Positions 26,109 to 39,759 of a stretch of DNA of 64,000 nucleotides are shown here, one piece after another. Each line of letters starts with the position of its first letter. The first letter of the stretch is position 1. A model generated the notes under the pieces. It searched no databases and had not been told where the DNA came from. It saw nothing but the letters and a program-made list of their open reading frames with translations. The DNA is taken from positions 431,379-495,378 of the forward strand of contig MU053754.1 in NCBI GenBank assembly GCA_013239625.1. The letters are read 5' to 3'. The stretch is from Lama guanicoe (taxonomy: Eukaryota). The position numbers and the translations under genes were made by a program.

Positions 26109-27865
26109 AACTAACCTGCTTTAAATCACAAGTAATAATTAGGGAAATATTCTGCCACGAAGTGCCCCTATCCAATTCCCAAAGCGTCATCACTGCTTCC
26201 AAACTCAAGCAGGTCAGAGAGAAGGCCTTAATTTTATTCTCAAAAGTCTGTAGCTTAAAAATACTACAGAGTGGCAGTGTCACCATTCCCACACATGTCT
26301 TTTGGTGAAAACACATGGAAATTTATGCTGGATATTCACCCAGGAGGGCAAATGCTGGGTTACAGAGTAAGTTTGTATTCAGGTTGTAGGTAGCACCAAA
26401 CAGTTTTCCAAAGTTCATTTTCCAAATTTCATGTTCACATTATTTTTTTAGGTGCAGTCAGATGGTTTTCACATTAACATAGTTAATGTGAAAAAATTCC
26501 TCCAGAATATAATGCATCTGACGAAATGTATTCCTGTTAGCTCAGAGATTATTATAATTAGGAAGAAGTGTATCAGCATAAAAATGATATAGGAATTATA
26601 AATGACACATCACTCTGCGCTGGTACTGCGGGTGTCATTATTTAGACTATCTCATTATTTTAATTGCAACCAATTACCCGGGTTGGAATAGCCACGGCAA
26701 AGCAGTATTATGTATTTTAGGAATAAATTAAATAACAGCATCTAATGGGTCACCCTAACATCCTGATTTTGCATTCATTACAGCATCAGAGTTTCCATTA
26801 ATGCTCACGGGAATTTTGAATCCACATAAATACGTCATTCGGCTGAAGGGGAACATCTTGAAGGTAGATTTACCAGAAGGTTGGAATGCGAAGATGACAG
26901 CTAATGTGCATTTGTTCTTTTAATTCATCACGTGCAGTTACAGTGTGGCTGATACTCACACTGACTGTACCACCTGTGAGGCTTAAACATAATGGAACCT
27001 GAAGGTGATACTCTGTAATTGTTTTATTGGGTTTTCATTGTATGGAGATCCGCTCTTGCCTTCATTTGGCCTCATTCTGGATTCTCTAAGTAAACAAATT
27101 ATTTTCCAGTTTCTTAAAGTAGACATACATTTATTCAGTGAGACAAATGAATATTTTTGGAAAACAACTTTGAATAACAACATCCTGTGTTTAAGATGGA
27201 ATTTCAGAGATTTCTGGTGTAAAATAATCACTGAATCTAACCATGTAAGTTTTTCTACTTGACTTTTCCTCTATTTACCAAAATCAGAATCCTTAGAGGT
27301 GACGTTTTCTGATCTGGAGCTGGCGGTGTTACACATTTTATTCCATTGTTCCATCTTCACACTTCTTCCCCCTCTGCTCGCCCAGCATACTTAATCTGAG
27401 TTGTATGCGATGTGTTGTGTGTGCTTATTAATTCACCGTCCCAGTTCATGTGCAGGTTTGCTCATTATTTTTAGTTTGGCATTTCACTTTTGCTGTTTAG
27501 CCTCATTCTAACCACATCAACTGCCCACTTTTAGCTAAATTTACTCCCTTCCTGTGTTTTCCTACTGCTCTGTCACTGGTTTCCTCTTTTCTTTGTATCA
27601 TTTCTTGTGCATCTTTAAACTGGGGTACATGAATTTATATAGAGTAAGAAGTCAGTCTTACAAAAGTAAAATTATATATATTTTTACAGGCTTACTGTTG
27701 GGGGAACTAACCAATTTAGCTTCATTTTCTGCAGTTCGGGCTTTTCTTTTCCGATATGCATTTACAAGTGGGTAGAAACTAAATCCATTTGGAACACAAG
27801 CCCCGTGTTGGCCTAAACGTCTTCATAGGTGCTTTGTGTCCTAGTTCATCAAAAGCCCAAACTCT

Positions 27866-28202
27866 TGTCTTAGCTCATTTGGGCTGTTCTGAAGGAGTCC
27901 CATAGACTCTGTGGGTTATGTCCAACAGACATTTATTTCTAATGTTTCTGCAGGCTGGGCGGCCTGAGATTGCATTTTCAGGAAATTCAGTGTCTTGCGA
28001 GGACCTGCTTCTCAGTTCATCATCTTCTCACTGTGTCTTGTCTCTGGGGTCTTTTGTCAGGGCACTTCCCCATTCATGCGGCTGCACCCTCACGAGCTCA
28101 TCACCTCCCAAAGGCCCCACCTCCTGATGCCATCACATGGCGGGGGGCTAGGACTTCAACATCTGAATCTGGGGGAGGGGGGGCACAAACATTGCATGTA
28201 CA
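27866..28202 (-). mobile_element. MLT1A-like MaLR solo LTR
   Basis: tgtcttagctcatttgggctg...aacagacatttatttct...tcacctcccaaaggccccacctcctgatgccatcacat...cttcaacatctgaatctggggg...cacaaacatt. Confidence 0.8.
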
Positions 28203-31079
28203 GGACACATTTTAATACTATTAAGCATTCTTATGAGGGAATTAGAATGCCACAGCAATATTAATTTCCCCATATCATTGTCATTTCTTAGAGAAATACA
28301 AGGATATTTTTATAAAATTTTAATATGAAATAGGTGTGCATTCTGGTGCCCCGTCCTTGCTATGTAAGAAGATCCCAGTTTATTACATAAGCAAAACTCA
28401 GGCACCATGACATCGTGGGATTTACATTTGCATCTCGGCTTTGGTGGGAGGGCGCTGCGACAGAAAGACGTTGAGCCCTTTGCCTCTTGGCTGCCATTCT
28501 ACCCGCTGTGGGATAGAGATCAGAAGGCCTCGGGGACTATATGTGAGGCAGTCAGCAGAGCGTAAGGCAGACAGGCCTGCAGAAGAGCTACGGCCTTTGG
28601 CCACCCTCCGGGGCCACGTGGGGGCTGCACTGACATCCCTCCCCTGTGTCCTGCACCCAGCCCGCTGCAAAGCTCCTACTGTGTGGTCTGGAGCAGAGTG
28701 CGGAACGGCTGTAGGGCTGACACTTGGACTGGGCAGGTCGGGGGGTGACGAGTGACGGTGCCGAGAGTCCGGCCGCGTCTAGTGCGTGGAGAACCTAAGC
28801 GTCGTATGCAGTTAAAGTCGGTCTTCCCGCACGTTCTTCCCTTTATCTGGACGTCTTTTATCCTGTCTTCGAGACCTCCGTCCCACCAGCCTCGGGCTTT
28901 CCTTCTAGAGGAAACAGGAACAAGCCCCAGCAGGTACTGATTAGACGACACAAGAGCATGACAACTATGAGGGACACGGGGCTCTTCTTGACGTGCTTCG
29001 AATGGCTGTGCTCACAGCTTAGTTTGTTTTTGTTTCTGCTACTGCTGCTCAGAATTTGCTTCCTTTTTCTTCCATTTCCTTTTTAGTGACTTTTGTAGTT
29101 TCCCCTAAAGATGTATTTAATCATAGATACTGTAGCACTTAATTAATTTCTATTGAGTATGGTCTCAAAATACAGAATGCGTAAATGCAAGGTCTACTGT
29201 TTTCCATCAATGCTTTCTTGGCAAATATTGAGTTATTTAGCCACAGAGCAGGAAATACACACAGCCTCATTAATCTCTACTCTGCCGGACCCAAGGCCTC
29301 GTCCTCCCAGACTTCAGTGTGAAACTTATTGAGTATCCAGTCTAATACATTATTTACAGAGCACCATTGATTTATGCCGCTTTTCCTAGGTCAGAAGTCT
29401 GGTGATTCATTGGCCCCCTATGCAGTTTGACTGCAGGAACAGCTACTGTTTGTGAGAATATGGTTTCCCAGTGCCCGAGACTGCTGCAGTGGGTTTCACG
29501 CGCTAAAGCTGGACGAGAACGCTCTGTGGGTGTGATAACCCGAAACACGTGTGGACCATTTGGTGGCCCATAAATTCTCTAAGTATAGGGTAACAGCTGA
29601 AGAGAAACTGCAACAACGATTAAAGTGAAAAGGAATCAGAAGTTGTTTCATCACCAGTGCTTAGATGAAGAAATTTGAAGACAATATGGGTATTTCCAGA
29701 CCTTTTGACAATAGAGTTAAACAGAGAAGTAGGATATGTCCAGAACAATCTCCAATTTTTTTTTTTTTTGTATTGGACAAGTGCCTATTCCTCATAAGAA
29801 GTCCCCAGGAAACTTTTCTACTATTGCTTTCTTGTGCTTGTCTTAAACTACTGATATTAGCTCATCTAACTTCCTAAAGGTATCTGAACACTTGAATCTT
29901 GACTAACTCTCTGTATTTTTTTTGATGTTTGAAAATTTAAAAATAAAAGAAAAATCGTTCAGAAAAAAATGCCAAAATTTTAACACATATGGAAAAGAAA
30001 GGCTTAGTGGCAGTCTGGGGACCCATTTTCTTTTCTGACTAAAGATACTGAGAAAAAGAAAGAAAGGAGACCAGGGCCATTCTCCCTAGAGAATATCAGA
30101 TCACTGTCAGACCTCTTGGCAGACGCTGAAACGGTGGTTCCTAACGGGGGAGTCTGTATCTGTCCACTTCCATCACAATGTAACTGGCCTACCTAATATC
30201 ATTTGAGTTTAGGGACATCCTCCCCAGGAGCTGTTGCAGAAGCGATGTAACTAACTGAGCAAAAAAGGAGATGTTTCATGCAAGCAGTAGCTCCCTTCTG
30301 TGTGGAGGATGTTCCCTTAACTCAGTAAGAGAGCGCGTATGTTAAACCAAGGGCAGAGTGTCAGAGGAAACAAGAACAGATTGCCCGTGTGGGAAGGCAA
30401 GTCTGGAGTCACCAGCATCCAATTATGAGTAAAGTTCCATGCCAGGTAAGACTTCACAGTGAATCTCATTTGATCATCCAATGCATCTTACCTTTATGCT
30501 GATTTTATTTTAGTAGATATTCCTCACCTTTGTCCAGAAAGATGTCATATTTTAACATTTTATACCGTAATGCTCACCTAGCTCTGTTTGTAAGAAGAAA
30601 GTCTCTAAATTAATGCACAAAGCATCCAACTTTAGAAGACAAAAGAAGAAGAAATTCTTCCTTTAAGGATAAATTTCTGTTCCCTCTGAGTTCCTATTTT
30701 CGCTCCTTTTTGTTTGGCTTGGTCTATTCATCGTGTTAAAACTTACACTGTTTGGTCATCCTGAACTGATCAGTCCATTTCGAGAGTGACACAAAAATGT
30801 CAGCTTGAGCTTCAGTTTTCTTATGGTGGACTTCACAATAGAGTAACTCAGTAGAGACCATGGATTTTTGCTATGGTACCACCAGTCAAAGCATCCAAAG
30901 TTCTTTTCCTGTGGGTTGATCTGTTTCTCAAGAGAGGAATTCTGCTGTCAGCTGCTGGTAGACAGATGGGGAATGAACTGGACTATTGATGATTTTGAAT
31001 GAAGAATTTAACCTAATTTGCAGTTTGCAAGGTCAAGAAACTCTACCTTGACATAAAAATAATCAGTAATCACGTTGCT

Positions 31080-31300
31080 ATGGAACTTTGTAAACAAATG
31101 CTTGAGACTAGAAGCCAGTGGAGCAGCACCTTCAAAAACCCATCAGAAAATTATTCCTCACCTGGAATCCAATACTGAGCAAAATTATCAATCAAGTCTG
31201 AAATGTAAATATTTGCAGATATTGAAAAATCTCAAAAATATTCTCTTTTCTGAAGGAAGTACTAAAAAGTATGCTTTACCAAAAGACAAACAGTTGAAGG
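31080..31300 (+). mobile_element. Ancient L1 ORF1 C-terminal fragment
   Basis: gaagccagtggagcagcaccttcaaaa...cacctggaatccaatactgagcaaaattatcaatcaag resembles the ORF1 3' region of old L1s. Confidence 0.5.
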
Positions 31301-33724
31301 CAAAGACATAATGTCTATGAGAGAAGTGTCAAGATGAGAGAGAAGCCAAAGAAATTGCAAAAGTTAATGTGAAGAGAAATATCAGTATGGGAGCTACATA
31401 CCATGTCTGGAGAGAGTCTATCCAGTGGTTCAAGATGACAAAGATGTGTCTGAATATTTTTGGGAACAGATGTATGCTTCTGTGGGAGAAATTGGTTATA
31501 ACTCAACAAGAACTAAATAAAAATTAGGCAAGCTTATAAGTAAAAGCAATTACTAATTCCAGGAAAACCAAAGAGCTGTACAATGAGCATGCAATCACTG
31601 TGCATTACTTGGTTTGGCTGTGAATAATAGATAGACAACTTTAATAATATAAACGAAGTATACTGAATAGCTAATACCTGTGATGGTTATATGAAGGTAG
31701 GGACTAGGAGAAGAAAAGTATTTGAGTGGAAGTGGTAATAGACAGAAGTCAATAAATAATACGTAGATAATTTCTAAAGCTGAAACATTCAAAGATAGCA
31801 TCTGCTTGCTATTTGAAAAATAGAAAGTAAATACCTGAATAAAGAGGTAAAGTAATTGAAACAGCATGACTCTCGATTTCTAGAGGTGGAGAAAAGTGAT
31901 GGGAAGGATTGCTAGTTTTCATCAAAGTGCAAGCAAGACAGTTTTATTAAATATATTCAAAACTTTACTACAGATTTAAACTAAACGTTTTTACAAAATG
32001 AAAGAGATGGAGACATTCCTGCTTTCTAGAAACACCTCAGCTTCCAACTTCTGCCTGGCTTTTCTGCCACAAGAAGAATGACTCGCAGAAGGATGCGTTC
32101 ATTTTGGGGCACAATCTAATGGTGTTTTTCTCTTACTCTTCCTGTGAGTAGGCACCAGACTCAGGTATTTTTTCCCCCTATGCTGCCAAAGGAATGCACG
32201 CATTATCCTTTGTAAATGTAATAGTTTAATTTGCATAAACTTTTAAAATGTCCCATTTCAATTTTGGTGCCATTGGGCAAAACTGTGTCCCTTTGTTCTA
32301 GGAAAGCTCTCTATTGAGAAAGAAAGTCTGTCAAAATCTGGCCTCATACTTTCTCAGGTTTCATTTTTTCCACACATACCCACCCCCCCGACTGTTTCCA
32401 CCTTGACCATGTTTAAACTGTCTCCAAGCCTTTTCATACTGTGCACGTACATCAAATTCCTCTATTTACCCCAAGAGAATGAAAAAGTTAGAATACATTT
32501 GGTAACTTTTTAATCCTTCAAGACCTATTAAAACCAAGATTCTGGCAGATAAGTCTGGTCAGTCTCTGCCCACAGTACTACAGTTCCGTTCCCTCTCCCT
32601 TCCCTTGAGGAATTAATACTTAACCACTTACATGATTTCCTCTTACAGCTGCGAACCTCAAAGGTGGAGAAGTATCCTTAATCGTCTCTGTGTTCCCGGG
32701 GTCGGCGTAGCACGGTGGCAGACAGTTAGCAGAGGTGGTTCATGAGTATGAAGCGAAGGAGTGGATGCTAAGGAGGTTAGCGGACAAGTGACCAGCCCCA
32801 GTGTAGTGTGAGGAGAGAGGGGTTGTGATTCTTGTACGTGTCTGTCTGTCCGGCCACTGCTGTCTGCAATGTCCTGAAACAAAAGCATTAAAAAAGACTT
32901 ACAGTGCCCCAGTTAAACCATTGTTCAAAGACTGTTTTTCTGAACAAAGAAATGAATTAGCTCCTTTATCAATTTTCAGAACATCCAATTTGATGCTAAA
33001 ACGTAATGCCATTTTAATGAGATGGTTGTCATAGTTGAGGTAATTGTGTCTATCCGCGGAGTAAAATTGTTTCCATCATGGAAATCAAGCAAAATACCAC
33101 AAGATGTGTGTGCTCACTCAAACTGAACTTCCTGAAATGCTTTTCTTGAGTTACCATGTTTGACGCTGTGTCTGTCTTCGCCGTACAATTACCCGTTATG
33201 CAGCCGGAGTATCAGTGATGAAACTTGTCTATTCATGTTATAGGGAAATTATGTGCAAAGTTCTCTGAGTTGATTGTGAGCTGTTGTTGAACTTGTCTGG
33301 GTTTTTAATGTGTGGAACGGAATGTTGAGTGGTGGCACTTGCCAAAGTCTTCAGGTTTACAGGGCGGTATGTGCCTTGTCCCATCCGAGCAACGGAAGCT
33401 GGAGCGTTGCCCTCTGCCTGCCTTCTCTTTCACTCCCATCGCTGTAAACGCGCTGAACCAGGGGTAGGGTGGGGGGCTCAGGCTCCCCTTAGTTTTATAT
33501 ACTCAGCGCCCAATGTGCTGACTACTGCTGCATGCTTTGTGCTTATTAATTGTTTTAATGAATCATAAAAGAGATACACAAGCCCTCCAGATGAAGGAAA
33601 AACAAATATACCAACATGTTACCAGTGGTAAATTAGGAGTAGGGAGAGCACAAGATAGCTTACTTTCCTTTTTATATTTCAGTATTTCTTCATATTTCTA
33701 AACGTTTTTTAAAAATCCTCTAAG

Positions 33725-33885
33725 GCCCTTCTCTCACATTGTAGCTCAGCTGCCTCATGGACATCCCCTGGGAGCATCTCAGAAATGCAAATCCTCAGTC
33801 CTCTCCCCAGAGCCACTGAATCTGAATTTCCATTTTAACAAGAGCCCCAGGTGTTTCATGGTGCGTTTAAGAAGCACCACTCCAA
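33725..33885. mobile_element. MER5A-type MITE
   Basis: catcccctgggagcatctcagaaatgcaaatcctcagtcctctccccagagccactgaatctgaa...ttttaacaagagccccaggtg. Confidence 0.75.
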
Positions 33886-33959
33886 CAGGTTTTGTCTTAA
33901 TAGCTAGCAGAACGTCTCATTAGAACAAGATGCACTTGCTATTGCCAGCACGACTTTCA

Positions 33960-35960
33960 GTTTTCTTAATAGAAATTCAAAATACTGAGAAATACTTGGT
34001 GAAAAGTGTTTTACGAGCCTGTGGAGAAGGTCACATGTCGCATAGAGCAAGCCATGTGGCTTTCTGGGGAGGAGCGTTCTGAGAAGGAACGGGCGTCGCC
34101 CATGCCCTGAAGGGTGACTGGAGCGTTCAAGGCTCAGCAAAGGGCTTACAGGATGCCTTGGGACGGGTGGAGTGAGCAAGACTGTCGAGAATTCACAGAA
34201 GAGGGTCATGTAGGGCCTCGCGGTGCTTTTCAAGGACATGGATGTTCACTGGCAGGAGCGTGGTGACCTGTTGCAAGGCTGGATCAGAGGCTGGTGTTAC
34301 CCGTGCTGCGTGTCTCTGCCTGCGGTGGTGGCAGTAGGCTGTAGGAGGGAAGGCGTGTAGTGAGGACTCCAGGCACAGTGTGACCGCCGTCCCCCAGGAG
34401 AGCAGTGATGGCGTTCTAGAGGGGGGAGTGGAGGAAGCGAACCTGTGTGTGCTTGGAAGACGGATGCCACAGGACTTCATGAGACAAGGGATGAGAGGGT
34501 GTGAAGAAAGAGCTCAGACAGTTTCTGAGTCTTGTCTGAGTAGAGGTGACACTAAGATGGACAGGGCTGCAACGGAAGTAAGGATCTTTTCTTCTTCTGT
34601 GTGTGTGTGGTTATGACATTGGTGAAGTTTGAGGACATCAGATTTTGATATGTTGAGATTAAGGTGAGTGGTTCCTTCTTTCTCATGGTTGGATAAGCCA
34701 TTTGTGACAAGGTTGGATACGCTATTTGTGACAACAGGGGTGGACCTTGAAAGAACTATGCTAAGTGAAAGAAGGCAGAGAAAGACATGCGGTATGATCT
34801 CACGTATATGTGGAATCGTAAAAAGCAGAAGTCACAGAAGCAGAGCATAGATTGGTGGCTGCTGGGGCTTTCGGGGCTGGGGAAATGGGGGGATGTTGGT
34901 CAGAGGGCACACATTCCCAGTTACGAGATGAGTAAGTTCCAGGGTCTAATGGACAGCATTGTGACTTTAGTTAGCTGTACTGTTTCATATACTTTGAAAG
35001 CTCTTCATAGAGCAAATCTTAAAGGTTCTCACCATAAAAAGTAAAATGGTCGGTGATGGAGGCATTAACTAACCCTGTTGCGGTATAACCATTTCACTGT
35101 TATGTATGTGTATCAAATCATCAAATGGACTTCTTCAACTCATATAATGTTATATGTCAGTTACATCTCAATCAAGCTGGGAAGAGAGATTGAGATGAGT
35201 ATTGTGTCTCCGTTGTAGAGCCATTAGGGCAGAGGTGAATGCAAGAATCTTTCAATTAAGCGAGAGATAGAGACTGAAGATAGAAGTGTCATCAGCATAG
35301 AGGTGGGGTTCCAAGACCTCAGGCTGGATGAGATCCTGGAGGGAGTATCTGTACATAAGAAAACAGAAACATTTGAAGGCGAAGACGGGACCCCTGCAGC
35401 GTTTACAGGTCGTGAGGCCCGGAAAGCAGACAGAGGAGCCTGGGAAGAAGCACCCAGTGAGACAGGGAGGAAGAGGGCGGAGAGCGAGGTGTCCGCTTCT
35501 CCCTCAAGGAGAGCCTTCCAAGGCGGGAGAGTCACGTGGTGCTGGGAGGTCCAGGGATTGAGTCTGACGTTGCCTACAGAGTCCCTGAAAAGGCCACTTT
35601 CACTGGAGAGGTGTGGAGAAACCCTGGTTTAAGACGACAGCGGAAAAAAGAGATGAGGATGACAAAGGAGTCCTTGTTCCCAAGGGGCTTTAATGTCAGG
35701 AGGCAGCTTTGGGGCAGTTGGTGAAAACAGAAAATGGGAAGAGAAAGAGACTTACTTTCTCCTGTTTTGAGGGGGTCATGATGGGAGAGTCATGGTCTGT
35801 TGGCGAGGGGAGGGGTCTAGTTCAGCGGCACTATCTCATAGTGACCGGGAGGGACGGAGAAGTCCATTCTCACGTGATTTCTCTAGATGGGAGCGTGGAT
35901 GTCTGAGTCCACGAGAGGGATGTGTGGCTGGTGTAGGCACTGAGGCCGGTAAGGGGGTGG
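33960..35960 (-). mobile_element. Degraded L2, split by an L1 insertion at 34670-35185
   Basis: Purine-rich L2-like sequence on both sides, e.g. cagattttgatatgttgagatt on the left and gtcatcagcatagaggtggggttccaagacctcaggctggatgagatc on the right. Confidence 0.6.
34670..35185 (+). mobile_element. L1MA/L1MB-like 3' end with a short 5' inversion
   Basis: gccatttgtgacaacaggggtggaccttgaaagaactatgctaagtgaaa...tatgtcagttacatctcaatcaagctgg. TSD gagattaaggtgagt / gagattgagatgagt. Confidence 0.8.
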
Positions 35961-37347
35961 ACTGTAGCCAGAGCTTGAGGAATCTGTCTCCTGCAATCCC
36001 TCTCCAGCGAGCATGGGTATTCCCAGTGACGTAGGAAGAAGGGCACGAAATGACGCCAAGGATGCGGAGAAGGACCTGGGCTCCCGGACACTGCAGAGAG
36101 GAGAAGGTAGACTCCTCTGAGTCTCGGCCATTCCAAGTGCGGTCTGCAGACCGGCAGCAGCAACATGGCCCGGCAGTTACTCCCTCATCACCGACCTCTC
36201 CCGCAGGGAACCAGCCAGAATCTGCACTTTATCAGGAGGCCTAGGTGACCTCTAAGCTGTTCTCAGATTTGCACACTGCATTCAATAAGGCAGATTTTAA
36301 GAATCTGCCTGCCCAGGCCACCCTCAAGACTGCTTCTTTGAGAATGTCTTGCTGGTGGGACGGTAGCATCAGTATTCTTCACAGCTCCCCCGATAACGCC
36401 AGTTTTGATGACTGAGTGTTCCCGGCATGTGGACAAGTGAGTGCACTCGGGAAGGCCCCCCGGAAGGTTAGTGGTCCTGTGTCTGTGGACTGTTGAGTGT
36501 CTCTCCAGCTACGCACTGCTGCACAAGTGCACATCTGGAGGGGACGATGAGGGGGGTCTAATGACGCTCAGGGTTTTGCCAAGCGACTCAGAACAGGAGG
36601 TGAGGTTCCAGGTGCTACCCTGCCTTCGCTCTCCCACACCCACCTCTCCCTTCCCGACAGGAACAGCTCCATTTGTAACTGTTCTCCCTGTTTTCTGGGA
36701 AAGGTGTGAAAGGAAGTTTGAGGAGTCGAGTGTACTGCTGTGAACTATGCTTTTTTTTTTTTGCTGTATCCATCAGATTTTCTTACCAGTTATACAAGCG
36801 TCTGGTGAAGCAATGGACTCCCCATCCTGGGTGTGTGTACATGTATACGCAGGATTAACTTTATTTTATTGTTTGAGCTTGAATAAACTCGGAAAACTCA
36901 TCAGTAAATCTATGTGACCCCAGAGCTGTGACTATCAGTTCTTTTTTTTTTTTTGGCTTTCTTTCTCTTTTTTTCTTTTATTGATTTATACACATTTCCA
37001 ACTACCTCTAAAATCGTTGATTTAATTTTGGTATTTTATACTTTTCAAGGATATTCTCCACCTTTCTAAACATTTCCAGTTTATCTGTAGGGATCTGTAC
37101 ATAATATTGCCGTACAAATCTTTCATCTCATCTCTGCCTCTGTCATACTCAGCTTGCTTCCCATGCCTAATTTTGTTGATTTCCTCTTCTGCCATCTTTC
37201 CTGCCTTTTCATTAAATTTTACAGGGTTTTGTCTACTTTACTGATTGATTTGAAGACTAATTTACTGGGCTTATTTGTAATAAATAAATATACTCAGCTG
37301 TCTTTTTTATGAAATTAAAATACACACAGAACTAACATTTTAAAAAG

Positions 37348-38120
37348 TATTTTAATTGAAGCATAGTGGATTTACAGTGTTGCGTTAGTTTCTGGTGTAC
37401 AGCATAGTGACTCAGTTATATATATATTTTTCCTATTCTTTTCCCTTATACATTACTACAAGATACTGAATATAGTTCCCTGTGCTGTACAGCAGGACCT
37501 TGTTGTTTACCTATATTGTATATACCAGTTAGTATCTGCACATCTCAAACTCCCAATTTATCCCTCCCCTCCTTTCCCCTGTGGTATCTGTAAGTTTGTT
37601 TTCTATGTCTATGAGTGTTTGTTTTGTAAGTAAGTTCATTTGTGTCTTCTTATATTCCATATATAAGTTGTCACAGTATATTTGTCTTTCTCTGGCTTAC
37701 TTCACTTAGTATGATCTCTAGATCCATCCATGTTGCTGCAGGTGGCATTTTATTACTTTTTTATGGCTGTGTAGTATTCCATTGTTGATATATACCGCGG
37801 CTGCTTCATTCAGTCATCTGTTGATGGAAATTTAGGTTGCTTCTATGTCCTTGTTATTGTAAATAGTGCTGCTGTGAACATTGGGTTGCATGTACCTTTT
37901 CAAATTTGCGATTCCTCATGATGTACGCCCAGGAGTGGGACTTCTGGATCATACAGTAACTTTAAGTTTTTTAAGGAACCTCCGTACTGTTTTCCATAGT
38001 GGCTGCACCAATTTACATTGCCACCAACAGCGTAAGAGGGTTCCTTTTTCTCCACATCCTCCCCAGCGTTTATCATTTGTGGACTTTTCAATGACGGCCA
38101 TTCTGACTGGTGTGAGGTGT
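37348..38120 (-). mobile_element. 5'-truncated L1 (ORF2 C-terminus plus 3'UTR)
   Basis: ttaattgaagcatagtggatttacagtgttgcgttagtttctggtgtacagc...ggccattctgactggtgtgaggtg. The translation includes [46 protein letters not shown], the shifted-frame L1 ORF2 C-terminal signature. Confidence 0.9.
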
Positions 38121-38344
38121 TTACGGGAGACAGATTAGACTGCGTGTATAGGAACAGGGAGGAGAAACAGCTATCAGAGACAGCCTGTGTAGTACTGGAT
38201 GGCTCTCTGCAAAGATGTTTCCAGTGCTTTGGCGTGCAGGGGCCACGCACCTGCACGCATCTACACTGGCCTCGCGGTGCACACTGCCGTAGCCATCTGC
38301 TCTGCATGCTCTTCTCAGTTTGACAGTGGAGGAGGTGAACGAGC

Positions 38345-38490
38345 TGGAGATGGAGTTAGGGAGCCGGGAATTCAAATTCTCAGCCTGTCCCTTTGCTTTG
38401 TAACAAGAAGCGCATTCCTTATCTCCTGAATGATTCCTCATCAAGAAGTTTGTGTGGAAGGCAGAGACAGTCACACCCACCCCTCAGGGA
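38345..38490 (+). mobile_element. MIR fragment
   Basis: ggagttagggagccgggaattcaaattctcagc...ttcctcatc resembles the MIR head and core. Confidence 0.4.
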
Positions 38491-39759
38491 TGCTGAGGTG
38501 ACCATGATAAGGAGCAGGCGCCAGCTGAGGAAGCTGCCTGGGTGTCCGTGGCTGCTTTACAAGCACCGCTTATTAGACACTAGCTTGCTTCAGTCCTTAC
38601 TACTATGAACAAGTTATTTCCAAGTCCCTCAATGTGTATGTTGTGTGTTTACCTGACAGTCTTTGCATTTTCTGGAAGTACCACTGGTGGATTAAAGGCC
38701 TGAAAGGGTTTTAAATAAATAACCCTTCTGAAAGCTCAGTAGTTGATATGGTGAAGAACACTTGAGATCGTCATCCCACATTTTCCTAGATGAAGGAAAT
38801 CATGTTGTGCTGGCAAGCGTTCATTTGAATGCTTGGGCTTCAGCATCTGTTCCTCAGTGAAGGCGCCCAAGAGTGTAGCCATGGAAAGGCACGCAGCCCT
38901 TTCCAACCCAGACTCTTTGAAAGGAGGAGGCCCCGAGGTAGTGATTTTTCGTCTGTGCATCTACATTACTACGAGTTCCCAGAAAATGGTCACTAAAATC
39001 ACTTTTAATATTTTGCAGTTCAGATAAACAACACTGCTTGAGAAAAAAATTAAAGGGAAAAATTGATTCAGATTCATTTACTGTATTTAAGATGAATTTT
39101 CCTTAAAAATTATTTCACTAAATTTGTCAATTGAGTATATTCAAAGGCCATAAATTGGTTTAGAAGAAAGGGTTTTCAATATTTGGCATTACACTAATTA
39201 AATTGTGAAAAATTAGTTGTTTAATAAATAGACCTGGAGCCACACAATTTCACATACATCAATTTAATTAAATCATGTTACTCACATTTAATCTGTCAAG
39301 AGCAGGAAAATAGGTTATATCCTCAACTGTCATGTTTCTATTAATTTGCCAATTTTTTTTCTTTTGTTGGTTCACATTTCCTCTCACTTCCTACTTTTAT
39401 CTGTAGTTTGCTGTGCTTTTTCCATTTTGTTTGCTCTTCTTTTCCTTTTTATAACTAAGCTGAAAGAAGAGTGAATCTATTATTGATCTTCTGTTTGTTT
39501 GCTTAGTGTGGAAAACTTGTGTGAGTATGAATGTGTCTCTAGCGCCACCTTTGACCTCATCCCCTTTGCGTCAACATTTATCCACTAGTGATCAACATCA
39601 CCGCCACTTCCCACTGAGCCACTTCCCCCTCGTTCTCCAGGCACATCATGCTTCTACACGAGACGGATGAATGAATGCCGCTGATGTTTTGTTTTCCTCT
39701 TTAACCCGACATCCAATTTATCCATTTAAAAATATTTATTTATTGACGCCTTCCTTGAA

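Noticed and set aside
36288..36310. 9-bp-stem hairpin aggcagatt/aatctgcct
   Set aside because: Lies among MER5-like palindromic MITE remnants and is short enough to arise by chance.
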